A stretch of DNA of 64,000 nt from Deltaproteobacteria bacterium. Its GTDB lineage: Bacteria > Desulfobacterota > Desulfomonilia > UBA1062. Shown here one piece after another: positions 50,654-59,453 of the stretch. Location: assembly GCA_018433085.1 (NCBI GenBank), contig JAHDRW010000011.1:55224-119223 (forward strand), written 5' to 3'. A program made the position numbers and the translations under genes. The notes beneath the pieces are model-generated. The model was not told the origin of the DNA. It saw only the letters and a program-made list of their open reading frames with translations, and searched no databases. How positions within the stretch are numbered: position 1 is the stretch's first letter; each line of letters starts with the position of its first letter.

Positions 50654-51853
50654 ATGAGAAGGCCTATTAGGGCAGTCATTACCATACTGGTGCTGTATCT
50701 CTTCTGTATTCCGGGGATTCTGTGTGCCGCGACCCTGGAGATCTCCTGGAATCACAACTTGGAAAGCGATCTGAGCGGCTACCGGATATTTTACGGAAAC
50801 GCCCCGGGAAGCTATCAGTGCGCCCTTGATGTCGGAAACACCAACAACGTGACCATTGGCGGTTTTCTCGAGGGGCAGGTCTATTACATCGCAGTCACCG
50901 CCTATGATTATGCGGGCAATGAGAGCCCCTTCTCCCGCGAGGTGAGCGTCGACGTTCCGCCGGAGCAGGGTGGAGGGGTTCTCGCTACCCTCATGGACTG
51001 GCTTTTCGGCATCATCGGCGGGACAGGCGGCAATCAGGAAATATTCCAATATGATATCTCCGATTTCTCGGCAGCCGGACCGGCGGATATTGCCGGTTCC
51101 GTGGCCGTGGTTCGGCTCGGCACCCTCGAAAGCTCCGGACCGGCGGATGCTTACGATGGCGGCATGGGTGATCCTTCAGGCTGTGAGATCCGGGATATCA
51201 TTACCGAGGTGGGACGGCAGGTGGACCTGCTTTCCCTTTATCCGCAAGGGATCTACTATTTTCTTCCCCTTACCGGGAACACCGCGGTTATCGAGAACGA
51301 ATATCTCTCCTGCCGGGAGGCGGGCGTGTATCTCTACATGGTGGCGGACGCCTCAGGTGACCTGATCCATCTGCTGCGGGTTTCGTCGCTTGACGTTCTC
51401 ACCCTCTCCGCCGAGTACGTCAGCGGTGGGAACACGGTGTTCGAGGATCAGGGGCTCGGCATAACCCTCGAGCTGTCTTCCTGGGCTGTGGAGGAAGGAT
51501 TCCCCATCGGCATCGGACGGAGCGCCTCCGGGCTCAACGGCTCAGGTCTCGTATTCGTCGACACCACCCATCTCGTGGAGTTCGGTATAGCCCCCTTCGG
51601 GCTCGTCCTCTCGGAGCCGGCAGAGGTGGGGGTATTCTATGATGGACCCGACGATGCCGTGGTGGAGTATTTCGACGAAGGCAGGAAGCAGTGGGTGCCC
51701 ATTGAAGACGCCCGGATCGAGGGAAGAGAAGTGGTCTTCTCGGCCCAGTCTCTGGGGCGCTTCAAGATCTATCCTCAGTCGGACAGTGTGGCCAGGGGGG
51801 ATTCTTCCTCGTCTTCATCGGGGGGATGTTTTATTTCCGCCTGTGCTCCATGA
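50654..51853 (+). CDS. Secreted hypothetical protein with a fibronectin type-III-like domain and a Ser-rich C-terminal tail
   Basis: Signal peptide MRRPIRAVITILVLYLFCIPGILCA. An FN3-like block GYRIFYGNAPGSYQ...YYIAVTAYDYAGNESPFS follows, and the tail is SSSSSSGGCFISACAP. The start was moved to 50654. Confidence 0.55.
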   Translation: MRRPIRAVITILVLYLFCIPGILCAATLEISWNHNLESDLSGYRIFYGNAPGSYQCALDVGNTNNVTIGGFLEGQVYYIAVTAYDYAGNESPFSREVSVDVPPEQGGGVLATLMDWLFGIIGGTGGNQEIFQYDISDFSAAGPADIAGSVAVVRLGTLESSGPADAYDGGMGDPSGCEIRDIITEVGRQVDLLSLYPQGIYYFLPLTGNTAVIENEYLSCREAGVYLYMVADASGDLIHLLRVSSLDVLTLSAEYVSGGNTVFEDQGLGITLELSSWAVEEGFPIGIGRSASGLNGSGLVFVDTTHLVEFGIAPFGLVLSEPAEVGVFYDGPDDAVVEYFDEGRKQWVPIEDARIEGREVVFSAQSLGRFKIYPQSDSVARGDSSSSSSGGCFISACAP

Positions 51854-51905
51854 CCTCATGCAATGCTTGCAAACCATGGAGAGCTCTGATATTTAAAAAA
51901 TCACT

Positions 51906-51992
51906 GCCGGAGTGGTGGAAGTGGTAGACGCGTCGGACTCAAAATCCGATGAGCGCAAGCTCGTGGGGGTTCAAGTCCCTTCTCCGGCACCA
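51906..51992 (+). tRNA. tRNA-Leu (anticodon CAA), type II with a long variable arm, CCA encoded
   Basis: Acceptor stem GCCGGAG/CTCCGGC, D-arm GTGGTGGAAGTGGTAGACGC, anticodon stem-loop TCGGA-CTCAAAA-TCCGA and a 16-nt variable arm. Its 3' 55 nt are duplicated 6.3 kb downstream. Confidence 0.85.
51938..51992 (+). repeat. attL: a 55-bp core inside the 3' half of tRNA-Leu, identical to 58284..58338
   Basis: An exact 55/55 match, with divergence immediately on both sides of the repeat. Confidence 0.85.
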
Positions 51993-52022
51993 TATTTTTA
52001 TTAAAGATTTTCCAAAAGAAGG

Positions 52023-53129
52023 TCATCTCTTAAACCCATTGATAACAGTAAGTGTGCCCAAATTGTGCCCATCGCCCGATCGGGAGAGGGTATCGTCGTT
52101 CTCCTGATACATGCTGGAGACCTTCTCGCAGGCAAGCCGGATATCATCTTCACTGGTAATATTGTACCTGTCGAATATGCTTCGTGTCTTGTGACCCGAT
52201 ATCCTCATGGCTACCACTTCAGACACCCCCGAACGAACCATATTCCTCACTGCCGTTCTTCTCAAGTCGTGGAATAAACGGCCCTCAAGATTGGTTTGCT
52301 TGAGCGCCTTCTCCCACACAGCTCGGAAGGTCTTGATTAGGGGCTCATCCTCTTCGTGATTGTAGAAGACATAAGTGCACTCCGGGTTTGTTGCGTCACG
52401 GATCTTCTTCTGTGTGAGAATGGTATCGAAGAGCTCACCATACATATAAACCACCCTGCCTTCACCGTTTTTTGTCGATCCCGGTTCCAGGACTATTCGA
52501 TGAGCCCAGATATCCACCTGATGCCACTGGAGGGCCAGGAGTTCCCCTCGCCTCATGCCCGTGTGATAGGCTGCAATCAGCAACGGCCTGGCGTAAGCAG
52601 GCAGGGCATCCCGGAGTTTCACGTATTCGTCAAACTCAAAGAAGCCTGTTCTCGCGTTGCTTTCTTTCAGCTTAGGGATATGCGGCACCATCATCACCTT
52701 TGGTGGTGTATGTCTTGAGCCAATAATGAAAGCCCTATGAAGAGCGCTCAGTTCGCGGTTAATAGTGCCATTCTTCGCTCCTGCTTCCCTGCGGGTCAGA
52801 ATATATTGCTGAACACTGTTTGTTGTGACCCGGCAAGCCCTGGCATCTCCGAAGAATTCCTTGAGATGATTAACGCTCGATTCTAGCCGCACCAGAGATT
52901 TCCTCTCCATTAGGCGATATTCGGAGATTGTATCCTCCAAGAGTTCCTTCACTGTTGTGCGTTCTACTTGAAGCCCTTGGAAGGTTCCTTGCGCAATGGA
53001 GCCTTCCCTGAGCTTCAGGAGCTTTTCAGCCACAGTCTTTTTCTCCGAGTGTGAAGATTCCCGATACGGTTTTCCATCACGATAATACTTGATCCACCAG
53101 ACATTGCCTCGCTGAAAAACGCTTCCCAT
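52023..53129 (-). CDS. int: Tyrosine-type site-specific integrase
   Basis: N-terminal SAM-like/arm-binding region and C-terminal catalytic domain (...RHTPPKVMMVPH...HDLRRTAVRNMVRSG...GHKTRSIFDRY). It lies next to the tRNA. Confidence 0.85.
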   Translation of the reverse strand: MGSVFQRGNVWWIKYYRDGKPYRESSHSEKKTVAEKLLKLREGSIAQGTFQGLQVERTTVKELLEDTISEYRLMERKSLVRLESSVNHLKEFFGDARACRVTTNSVQQYILTRREAGAKNGTINRELSALHRAFIIGSRHTPPKVMMVPHIPKLKESNARTGFFEFDEYVKLRDALPAYARPLLIAAYHTGMRRGELLALQWHQVDIWAHRIVLEPGSTKNGEGRVVYMYGELFDTILTQKKIRDATNPECTYVFYNHEEDEPLIKTFRAVWEKALKQTNLEGRLFHDLRRTAVRNMVRSGVSEVVAMRISGHKTRSIFDRYNITSEDDIRLACEKVSSMYQENDDTLSRSGDGHNLGTLTVINGFKR

Positions 53130-53281
53130 ATCAAACCACCTTAACCTTTCTCGCCGTGGGTACTGCCTTTGTGCACACCTCCTTTCTCTCCATGGACTCG
53201 AAACAGAACAGGTGAATTGTCTTTGGCTTCCTGTTCTGGCTCTGCCCTAATTGTAGTCTCATCTTCATGGTAATGTAAGCC

Positions 53282-53482
53282 TCAAAAAGGATAGGTTGTC
53301 TTGCTCTTCTCAATCCACTTGTCCATATCGTTCACATCAAGGAGCACGCGCCTTCCATCACGGACACAGGGAATCTTGCCCGCCCAGACCATTTCTCGGA
53401 TTGCCCAGGGAGTTCGGCCAAGGTAGGTTGCGGACTCCTTTATGGAATACAATCTCTTTAATGGTCTTGTCTTTTCTGCCAT
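53282..53482 (-). CDS. alpA: AlpA-family phage transcriptional regulator / excisionase-like HTH
   Basis: The 66-aa product has RLYSIKESATYLGRTPWAIREMVWAGKIPCVRDGRRVL, the AlpA/MerR-like HTH pattern. It sits directly upstream of int. Confidence 0.7.
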   Translation of the reverse strand: MAEKTRPLKRLYSIKESATYLGRTPWAIREMVWAGKIPCVRDGRRVLLDVNDMDKWIEKSKTTYPF

Positions 53483-53492
53483 TCGTTCAGTT

Positions 53493-53687
53493 TTAAGATG
53501 CTCTCATGTATATCCGCTGCTTTGACCTTGCCGCATTCTCAAGAACACCGATCCTTGAATCCACGTAATCATATACAGTGGCCTCATTCTTCCCTGGTGC
53601 CGGTCTAGCAATCACTACACACCCCATGTGATACAGCCGAAAAGCCGAAAACGCCGCCCGCAGGATTTTGGCCCTTTTTCTTCCCAT
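53493..53687 (-). CDS. Small hypothetical protein (64 aa)
   Basis: ORF lying between alpA and the next cargo gene. Support comes from context only. Confidence 0.2.
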   Translation of the reverse strand: MGRKRAKILRAAFSAFRLYHMGCVVIARPAPGKNEATVYDYVDSRIGVLENAARSKQRIYMRAS

Positions 53688-53870
53688 TTTCCCAGTTGAC
53701 GTGCTGCATAAGATTACCCCCTACCCCTGGTAATACTAGAGAGTACTGTCACCCATGCCCCCCATTGGGTCTTTTGGGGATTTATGGGCATGTCTGCCTG
53801 CAAGGTATCATGATTGCCTGTTTTGCCGCTTCTCTGGGCTTTTCTTTCGGCTGTCATCTATGCCCCCCTT

Positions 53871-54461
53871 TCACTGCTGCCTTTTAGGTCTTCGGCTGTC
53901 ACCCACGACAGTGAGTCGGCTATCGCCCATGTCAGTCGAAAATGTTTTATCTCCCGCCACTGCCCGCAATCTCTTTCCGGCCGTCCTGGCCTGGTTGTAT
54001 ATTGCCAGAGAGTCGCTGAAGCACACCCCCTTCGGTGCAGTCCTTTGGGTAAAAGCAGAGGTTCCATAATGCTTCCAGTCATCAATAAGGTCATACTCGC
54101 TGCATTCCTTATGACCACGAAACTGGCCGCCTTGCTTGGCAATTTCGAGGAAGCCGTGCTCTATGAGTTCCTTAAGGCAACGCCTGAACTGCTTTGCATT
54201 AATGCCGTATGCCGCCGCTTCACTGTATGGAAGTTTCAGCCCGGTATTATGGTAAACAGGCTTCTTCTTGCGGCCTTGTTTATCGGTGTGCCATCCTCGC
54301 CTTGAGAGAAATAGCATCAGGATGTACTTGGCTGTGTGCGTTAACGAGATGAAAGCCTCAGACCGAAGCATCTCCTGAGGCATCCGCAGATCGCGTTCAT
54401 GATACCACTTATTCTGTTTCAGATTCTTTATGTCCGGTGATTTCATAGGTTCTCCCTGCAA
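53871..54461 (-). CDS. Hypothetical protein with a winged-helix-like segment; possible replication or regulatory function
   Basis: Segment YSEAAAYGINAKQFRRCLKELIEHGFLEIAKQGG resembles a wHTH. No catalytic motif is present. A start at the internal Met (54446) is possible. Confidence 0.4.
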   Translation of the reverse strand: MQGEPMKSPDIKNLKQNKWYHERDLRMPQEMLRSEAFISLTHTAKYILMLFLSRRGWHTDKQGRKKKPVYHNTGLKLPYSEAAAYGINAKQFRRCLKELIEHGFLEIAKQGGQFRGHKECSEYDLIDDWKHYGTSAFTQRTAPKGVCFSDSLAIYNQARTAGKRLRAVAGDKTFSTDMGDSRLTVVGDSRRPKRQQ

Positions 54462-54577
54462 TGCGGCAAACCTGCCGGGTGATGCTGAGGGAGATGCAGC
54501 ACCATCTTTTCACGTGGTTCCCTGCCACGCGCCCGGCAAGCGCCATTGACTTTGTAAAGCCTGAGTGTGCTTCAGAA

Positions 54578-54961
54578 TTATATCCGGCTTGATGAATCAT
54601 GCACTTTCTCCCAGCGGGGGCGAAAAACACCCCTGCCGGTGATGTTTTTTTGAGAAAGAGGGGCATTCTGGTGGTTCTCTCTTGCCTGCCTGAAGGGGTG
54701 AAGTGGGCAGTCACTACTTGGGCACAGACGAACTTCAGAAGGTTGCCCTGCGCAACACCACAGACAGTAAGACCGAATCGCCCTGTTTCTGTCTTTCGGG
54801 TTTTGTTTCCCTCTGCCCATCCTGAAAGGATAAAGGGCACAATCTGTCATGGGACACTCGGCTACATCCTTCGTGCTCCTGGCTGAACAATCAAGGCATT
54901 TCTCTCGGATAGCTTGCCGCCTGTTGAGTTTACCCCTTAGTTTACAAGACTTTTTATTCAT
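54578..54961 (-). CDS. Small Cys-rich protein with two tandem C4 zinc-ribbon repeats
   Basis: Internal duplication: AIREKCLDCSARSTKDVAECPMTDCALYPFR and AIRSYCLWCCAGQPSEVRLCPSSDCPLHPFR. Each copy is C-x2-C-x9-C-P-x3-C-x-L-[YH]-P-F-R. Confidence 0.5.
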   Translation of the reverse strand: MNKKSCKLRGKLNRRQAIREKCLDCSARSTKDVAECPMTDCALYPFRMGRGKQNPKDRNRAIRSYCLWCCAGQPSEVRLCPSSDCPLHPFRQARENHQNAPLSQKNITGRGVFRPRWEKVHDSSSRI

Positions 54962-54972
54962 GCCGCTTCGTC

Positions 54973-55209
54973 CTACACAACTCCCGCTTCATTTGTTTTA
55001 TGCTCGTCTGCATATGCCTCATCCTCGCTCAATCCCAGGCAGGAGCAGAGTTTCTTGACTCTCTTATCACCCAGCTTAGGCCTGTCGATGCCTGCACTGA
55101 TTTTGTAGAGCATCCCCGGCGATACACCTGCATCCCACGCGATCTGATAAAGAGGCTTCCCTGATTCCTTTACGCTTTTCAGCGCTTTCATGAACTTCTC
55201 GCTAACCAT
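54973..55209 (-). CDS. Cro/CI-type (XRE-like) HTH DNA-binding protein
   Basis: HTH segment KPLYQIAWDAGVSPGMLYKISAG. The start was moved to the ATG at 55209. The gene lies divergent from the resolvase across an AT-rich promoter region. Confidence 0.5.
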   Translation of the reverse strand: MVSEKFMKALKSVKESGKPLYQIAWDAGVSPGMLYKISAGIDRPKLGDKRVKKLCSCLGLSEDEAYADEHKTNEAGVV

Positions 55210-55714
55210 TTCGTTTCCCCTTTGTTGGCTTGTCGCCCATTGCTCTGTTTCCCCTGATGATATTTTTAAGTTTTCTCTCAAGTTTTTCTCTCATCTGCCG
55301 AATATATTTTTATTCTGCGCGTCTATATTCCTTATCGTCTGAAGTCTAGAGTGCATCTAGTAGAAAATAAGAAAAAAGATCTCCTCAGTTGCTCGCTAGC
55401 CTTGTTTTTTCTCCGCTAATGAGTAAGGCAATTGTTAGGACTGCCTAGTGCCTTTGCTCTGTAGATATTCAGTAAATACCACCATTGCTTGGCCGAATAT
55501 TTCAGGTTTTATCAGGTTGTCATGGAATAACTCCTCTTTAGGTACTGAAACTTAAGTTATCTAAAGTAATTGATACGCTATTTGATCGACACTAGATCCC
55601 TTAACCAGACCAGGCTTTTTTACACACCGGACGGTATGTAAAAACCAATGGTTGACTATGGATGATAATTGTATTAGATTTATTGGAGATAATTGATATA
55701 TGGAGGTGAGGGCT

Positions 55715-56389
55715 ATGAGATATGTTATTTATCTGAGGGTAAGCACGGATGAGCAGGCAGACAGCAAGGCAGGGCTCAATGCTCAGTTGGATTCCTGCAG
55801 GGCGCACATTAAACGAAATAGTGGTGAATGCCTTGATGTCTTTTCTGACGAGGGAATCAGCGGAGCCGCAGGCTTGGAGAAAAGGCCCGGATTGCTCCAA
55901 GCCATTGCTTCACTCGACAAGGGTGACACCCTATTGGTTGCCAAACGGGACCGGCTCGGAAGAGATCCTATCGTAACGGCCATGATTGAGAGCGCCATTG
56001 CCCGGAAGAAGGCAAGGGTAGTTTCAGCGGCGGGGGAAGGCACGGATGGTGATAGCCCTTCCGATGTTCTCATGAGAAGGATGATAGATGCCTTTGCGGA
56101 ATACGAACGATTAATCATCAAGGCCCGGACATCGAGTGCATTGCAGGCCAAGAAGACGCGAAATGAGCGTGTGGGCTCCATTCCTTACGGCTTCAGGCTT
56201 TCTGGTGACGGCGTACACATTGAAGAGAACCCGGCAGAGCAGGAGGTTATAACCGAGATCAGGAGACTTGGAACGGCAGGACTTAACCTTCCGGCCATAT
56301 GCAGAGAGCTTGAACGAAAGGGATTCACCACCAGGACGGGCAAGGCATTCCTGCCCGTACAGGTTCAGAGGGTATTGAAAGCGGCATGA
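55715..56389 (+). CDS. Serine recombinase (resolvase/invertase family)
   Basis: N-terminus MRYVIYLRVSTDEQ with the catalytic Ser, followed by DTLLVAKRDRLGRD and a C-terminal recombinase/HTH extension. A GGAGGTGAGGG RBS is present. Confidence 0.8.
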   Translation: MRYVIYLRVSTDEQADSKAGLNAQLDSCRAHIKRNSGECLDVFSDEGISGAAGLEKRPGLLQAIASLDKGDTLLVAKRDRLGRDPIVTAMIESAIARKKARVVSAAGEGTDGDSPSDVLMRRMIDAFAEYERLIIKARTSSALQAKKTRNERVGSIPYGFRLSGDGVHIEENPAEQEVITEIRRLGTAGLNLPAICRELERKGFTTRTGKAFLPVQVQRVLKAA

Positions 56390-56721
56390 GCAAGAAGGCA
56401 ATCAACATGGATATGGTGCGGGAAGCCAGGGCAAACCTTGAGCGTATCGCCAGGGAGCACCCGGAGCTTACGAACCTGTCCGGTGATGATGTGGAACGAT
56501 TATTACAGGGAGTGTTCAACGAAATGGTAGACAAAGACAAACTGACCTTCTCTCTTGGAGAGGCAGCGGAGGTTCTGGGGCTTCACAAGGAATACCTGAG
56601 GCGTAAAATCAAAGACGGTTCTCTCAAGGCCATGAAGACCGGGAAGCAGTACATCATCTCACGGCCAGACCTGCAGGCTTACTATTCAAAGCATGGCGGC
56701 GGCAAGCTGTTCGATGATTGA
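56386..56721 (+). CDS. Excisionase-family helix-turn-helix DNA-binding protein
   Basis: C-terminal FSLGEAAEVLGLHKEYLRRKIKDGSLKAMKTGKQYIISRPDLQAYY matches the excisionase-family HTH. The ATG overlaps the resolvase stop (ATGA). Confidence 0.6.
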   Translation: MSKKAINMDMVREARANLERIAREHPELTNLSGDDVERLLQGVFNEMVDKDKLTFSLGEAAEVLGLHKEYLRRKIKDGSLKAMKTGKQYIISRPDLQAYYSKHGGGKLFDD

Positions 56722-57181
56722 TTTCAGACAATAGAGACTTGCATCGCTGCCCTCTGCGGTCAAGTGGCAAGGATGTTAGCAAATATTAGCATCAAAGGAG
56801 CCCTCGATAATAAGTAACAAGAAGGGAAATCATCAGTGTCCGAGATTGTTGACAAATGTTTACATTCAGGAAGCCCTTGATTATAAGAGACCGGATACAG
56901 CGAGAAGACCGCAGCCAATATAGCGTCAGAGAACCTTAGAAAACCATATATTCAGGAAGCTCTCCGCGAACTCCGCGAAAAATTGGCTCAGAAAACCGCA
57001 TTGTATACCGAGAAGACCGCTAAAGATATCTCATACCAAGACAACAATTATAGTAAATATATCTAAGCCTGATGCACAGCGGTATTCTCTTTTTTATCTT
57101 AATCATACACATTGTCCCTTGCAACAGAGACTTTTCTTCTTTATTAATAATACAGTGTTATTCTTGTTTAGGAGGACTGAA

Positions 57182-57541
57182 ATGAGGTATTTGATAGCCA
57201 TTGTCTGTATGCTTTCCCTGTCCGGGTGCGCCGTGAATGCTACCGGCATCAGTAGGGATACCGGCGAAACTTTGTCTATCCACTATCAGAGTAATGCTAT
57301 AACGAACAAAATCTCTGCCGCTGCCGGAGATGAGTCGTTCAGGGGTAAGATAGTCTCCACGGGTGGCGGGACTATTTCCGATGAATACGGCAACCGAGTC
57401 AAAATCTCCGGGAACACCTACAGGGCTGTTTTTGTCGGAGACAGAGGCCGCACCATGAGGTGTGAGCTGTGCGGTGGCCTTGCAAGCGGTGTCGGCACCT
57501 GTATTACATCGGATGGGGAAGAGTTCGATGTTATGTGGTAG
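57182..57541 (+). CDS. Hypothetical lipoprotein (120 aa)
   Basis: Lipobox MRYLIAIVCMLSLSGCAV. A GGAGGA RBS is present. No known domain. Confidence 0.5.
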   Translation: MRYLIAIVCMLSLSGCAVNATGISRDTGETLSIHYQSNAITNKISAAAGDESFRGKIVSTGGGTISDEYGNRVKISGNTYRAVFVGDRGRTMRCELCGGLASGVGTCITSDGEEFDVMW

Positions 57542-57571
57542 AAGCGTAATATCTCTAACTCTGTAGTCGTT

Positions 57572-58045
57572 ATGAGAGGTTGGGTCTATATAATTACGAA
57601 CAAAGCAATGCCGGGTCTTGTTAAAATTGGGTTTTCAATGAGAGATCCTGTAAATCGCGCATCCGAACTCGATAACACAGGCTCACCCCATCCTTATGTT
57701 GTTGAGTATGATATGCTTATTGAAGACCCGCAACAGCTTGAAAAGCAAGTTCATGAGACTCTTAAGAATGCGAATGAAGGGAAAGAATGGTTCCGTTGCT
57801 CAGTGCATGATGCGATAAAAGAAATCCAGAAGGCGTCGTTGGGTAAATTCATATATCAGAACTATACTAATAACGAGAAAGAAAATGACAGGGTTGTTTA
57901 TTGGCATAAAGAGATAGATATGGAACGCCCCCCATCCAAAACTGCCCAAGATACACAATCACCTCTAAGACAGAAAGAAGTGTATGACTCGACTGAAAAA
58001 CTGAGATTATGGCAAGAGAAGGTCTATAAGGCCAAAAAGCCCTGA
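57572..58045 (+). CDS. T5orf172 / GIY-YIG-like domain protein
   Basis: WVYIITNKAMPGLVKIGFSMRDPVNRASELDNTGSPHPYVVEY...EWFRCSVHDA matches the T5orf172 (GIY-YIG-related) domain pattern. Confidence 0.6.
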   Translation: MRGWVYIITNKAMPGLVKIGFSMRDPVNRASELDNTGSPHPYVVEYDMLIEDPQQLEKQVHETLKNANEGKEWFRCSVHDAIKEIQKASLGKFIYQNYTNNEKENDRVVYWHKEIDMERPPSKTAQDTQSPLRQKEVYDSTEKLRLWQEKVYKAKKP

Positions 58046-58283
58046 TTCACATTTTCCCCAGATTAGGAATGCTCCCCTATGCTGTAAGGGGGAAATTGAT
58101 AGTTTTCAAATATCGGTCAATCCCATTATTCATGGGAAAAAGGAGTGTGCCCAAATTGTGCCCACGACGGCTAAATTCTTCCCAATTCCTACCAACTCCT
58201 ACCAACTAGCCGAATTGCTTAACCGATTGAAATCATTTGCCAGTGCGCCTTTGCAGGCTAGTAATATCAAACGGTTAATGCTC

Positions 58284-58338
58284 TCAAAATCCGATGAGCG
58301 CAAGCTCGTGGGGGTTCAAGTCCCTTCTCCGGCACCAC
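58284..58338 (+). repeat. attR: a 55-bp direct repeat of the tRNA-Leu 3' half
   Basis: Identical to 51938..51992 and ending with the CCA-equivalent bases. The flanks diverge. Confidence 0.85.
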
Positions 58339-58861
58339 ATCTTTCTAATCGGTCTGAGGGCGCCGACATTTTTTTCGCAGGTCCACCGAGTGTATTGTTT
58401 ACCTCCACGCTTTTCACTCCAGGAGGAAGACGCGGAAATCATTACCAGGTCCATAGCCCTCCCGGTCTGGACCTCGAGTCCTGATATATTCACGGTTGCC
58501 GCTCATAAAGGACCATGCTGTCCTGAGGAGCCGAACTCGCGTAGTGGTATGGAGTAGAAAGCCTCCGATTCCCGGGAATAAGAAAAAACCGAGCCCTGGA
58601 TTAAGAGCATACCGATATCCTTTCAGTATTCTCCTGCCTGAGAATGTGAACTCGTCCCCGGATTCCCCCGAGGAGAAAAATCTCAAAGGACGGGGTCGAT
58701 TCTCATGGCGTTATTGCATAAGGGTGGTAAACTTACCATTCCCATTTTTGGTAAACTTTTATCTTCCCGTTGACAATAATACCGATTAATCAAAGAAGAC
58801 ATCGGCTATCGAAGGGGGGATTTCTCGGTTCCTTTCCTGGTGGAATTCAAGCAGGGGGAGT

Positions 58862-59305
58862 ATGGAGGGATTGATTCGTGCGGCTGTCGGGCGTTTCCGG
58901 TTCGAGATCATCAATCCTTTCGAAGTCGGCAACGGACGCATAGCGCGGGCTCTCACGGACATGGCCCTTGCCCAGGACGATTCTCAGAAGCACAGGTATT
59001 ACAGCTTGTCATCCCAGATCATGGAGGAGCGGGAGAGCTGCTGCGATGTCCTGGAAGCCTGTCAGAAGGGGGCCAGCGACATCACCCCGTGGCTTGTCTG
59101 GTTCCTGGAATGTTTCTCCCGGGCCATTGACCGGTCCGAGCTCCTCCTATCCGGAGTCATCAGAAAGGCGAGCTTCTGGAGGATGCATGCACAGACATCA
59201 CTGAACGAGAGGCAGCACAAGGTCATCAATAGGCTTCTCGATGCAGGGCCGAATGGTTTCGAAGGAGGCCTTACCACAAGGAAGTACGCTTCGTGGCCAA
59301 AGTGA
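58862..59305 (+). pseudogene. Fic-family protein remnant (5'-truncated, motif His replaced by Asn)
   Basis: FRFEIINPFEVGNGRIARAL corresponds to the Fic motif HPFxxGNGR, with N in place of H. The roughly 100-aa N-terminal helical region is absent and no upstream in-frame continuation exists. Confidence 0.5.
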
Positions 59306-59453
59306 GCAAGCCTACAGCATTCCGCGAGATCAACCGGCACCTCGAACTGGGCATCATAAGCCCGAATCCGGGTAGGGGGAGAAGTGTGAGCTATGACCTG
59401 ATCTGGCCCTGATATATGCCTTCCGGGGAATTCATCCGATGTCCACGAATTTG

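Larger units (their letters stand above)
51993..58338. mobile_element. About 6.35-kb integrative element inserted at the 3' end of tRNA-Leu(CAA)
   Basis: It is bounded by the 55-bp direct repeat, carries a tRNA-proximal tyrosine integrase, alpA, a Cro-like HTH, a serine resolvase and an excisionase-family HTH, and has AT-rich intergenic regions (about 55282..55699 and 56722..57181). Confidence 0.75.
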
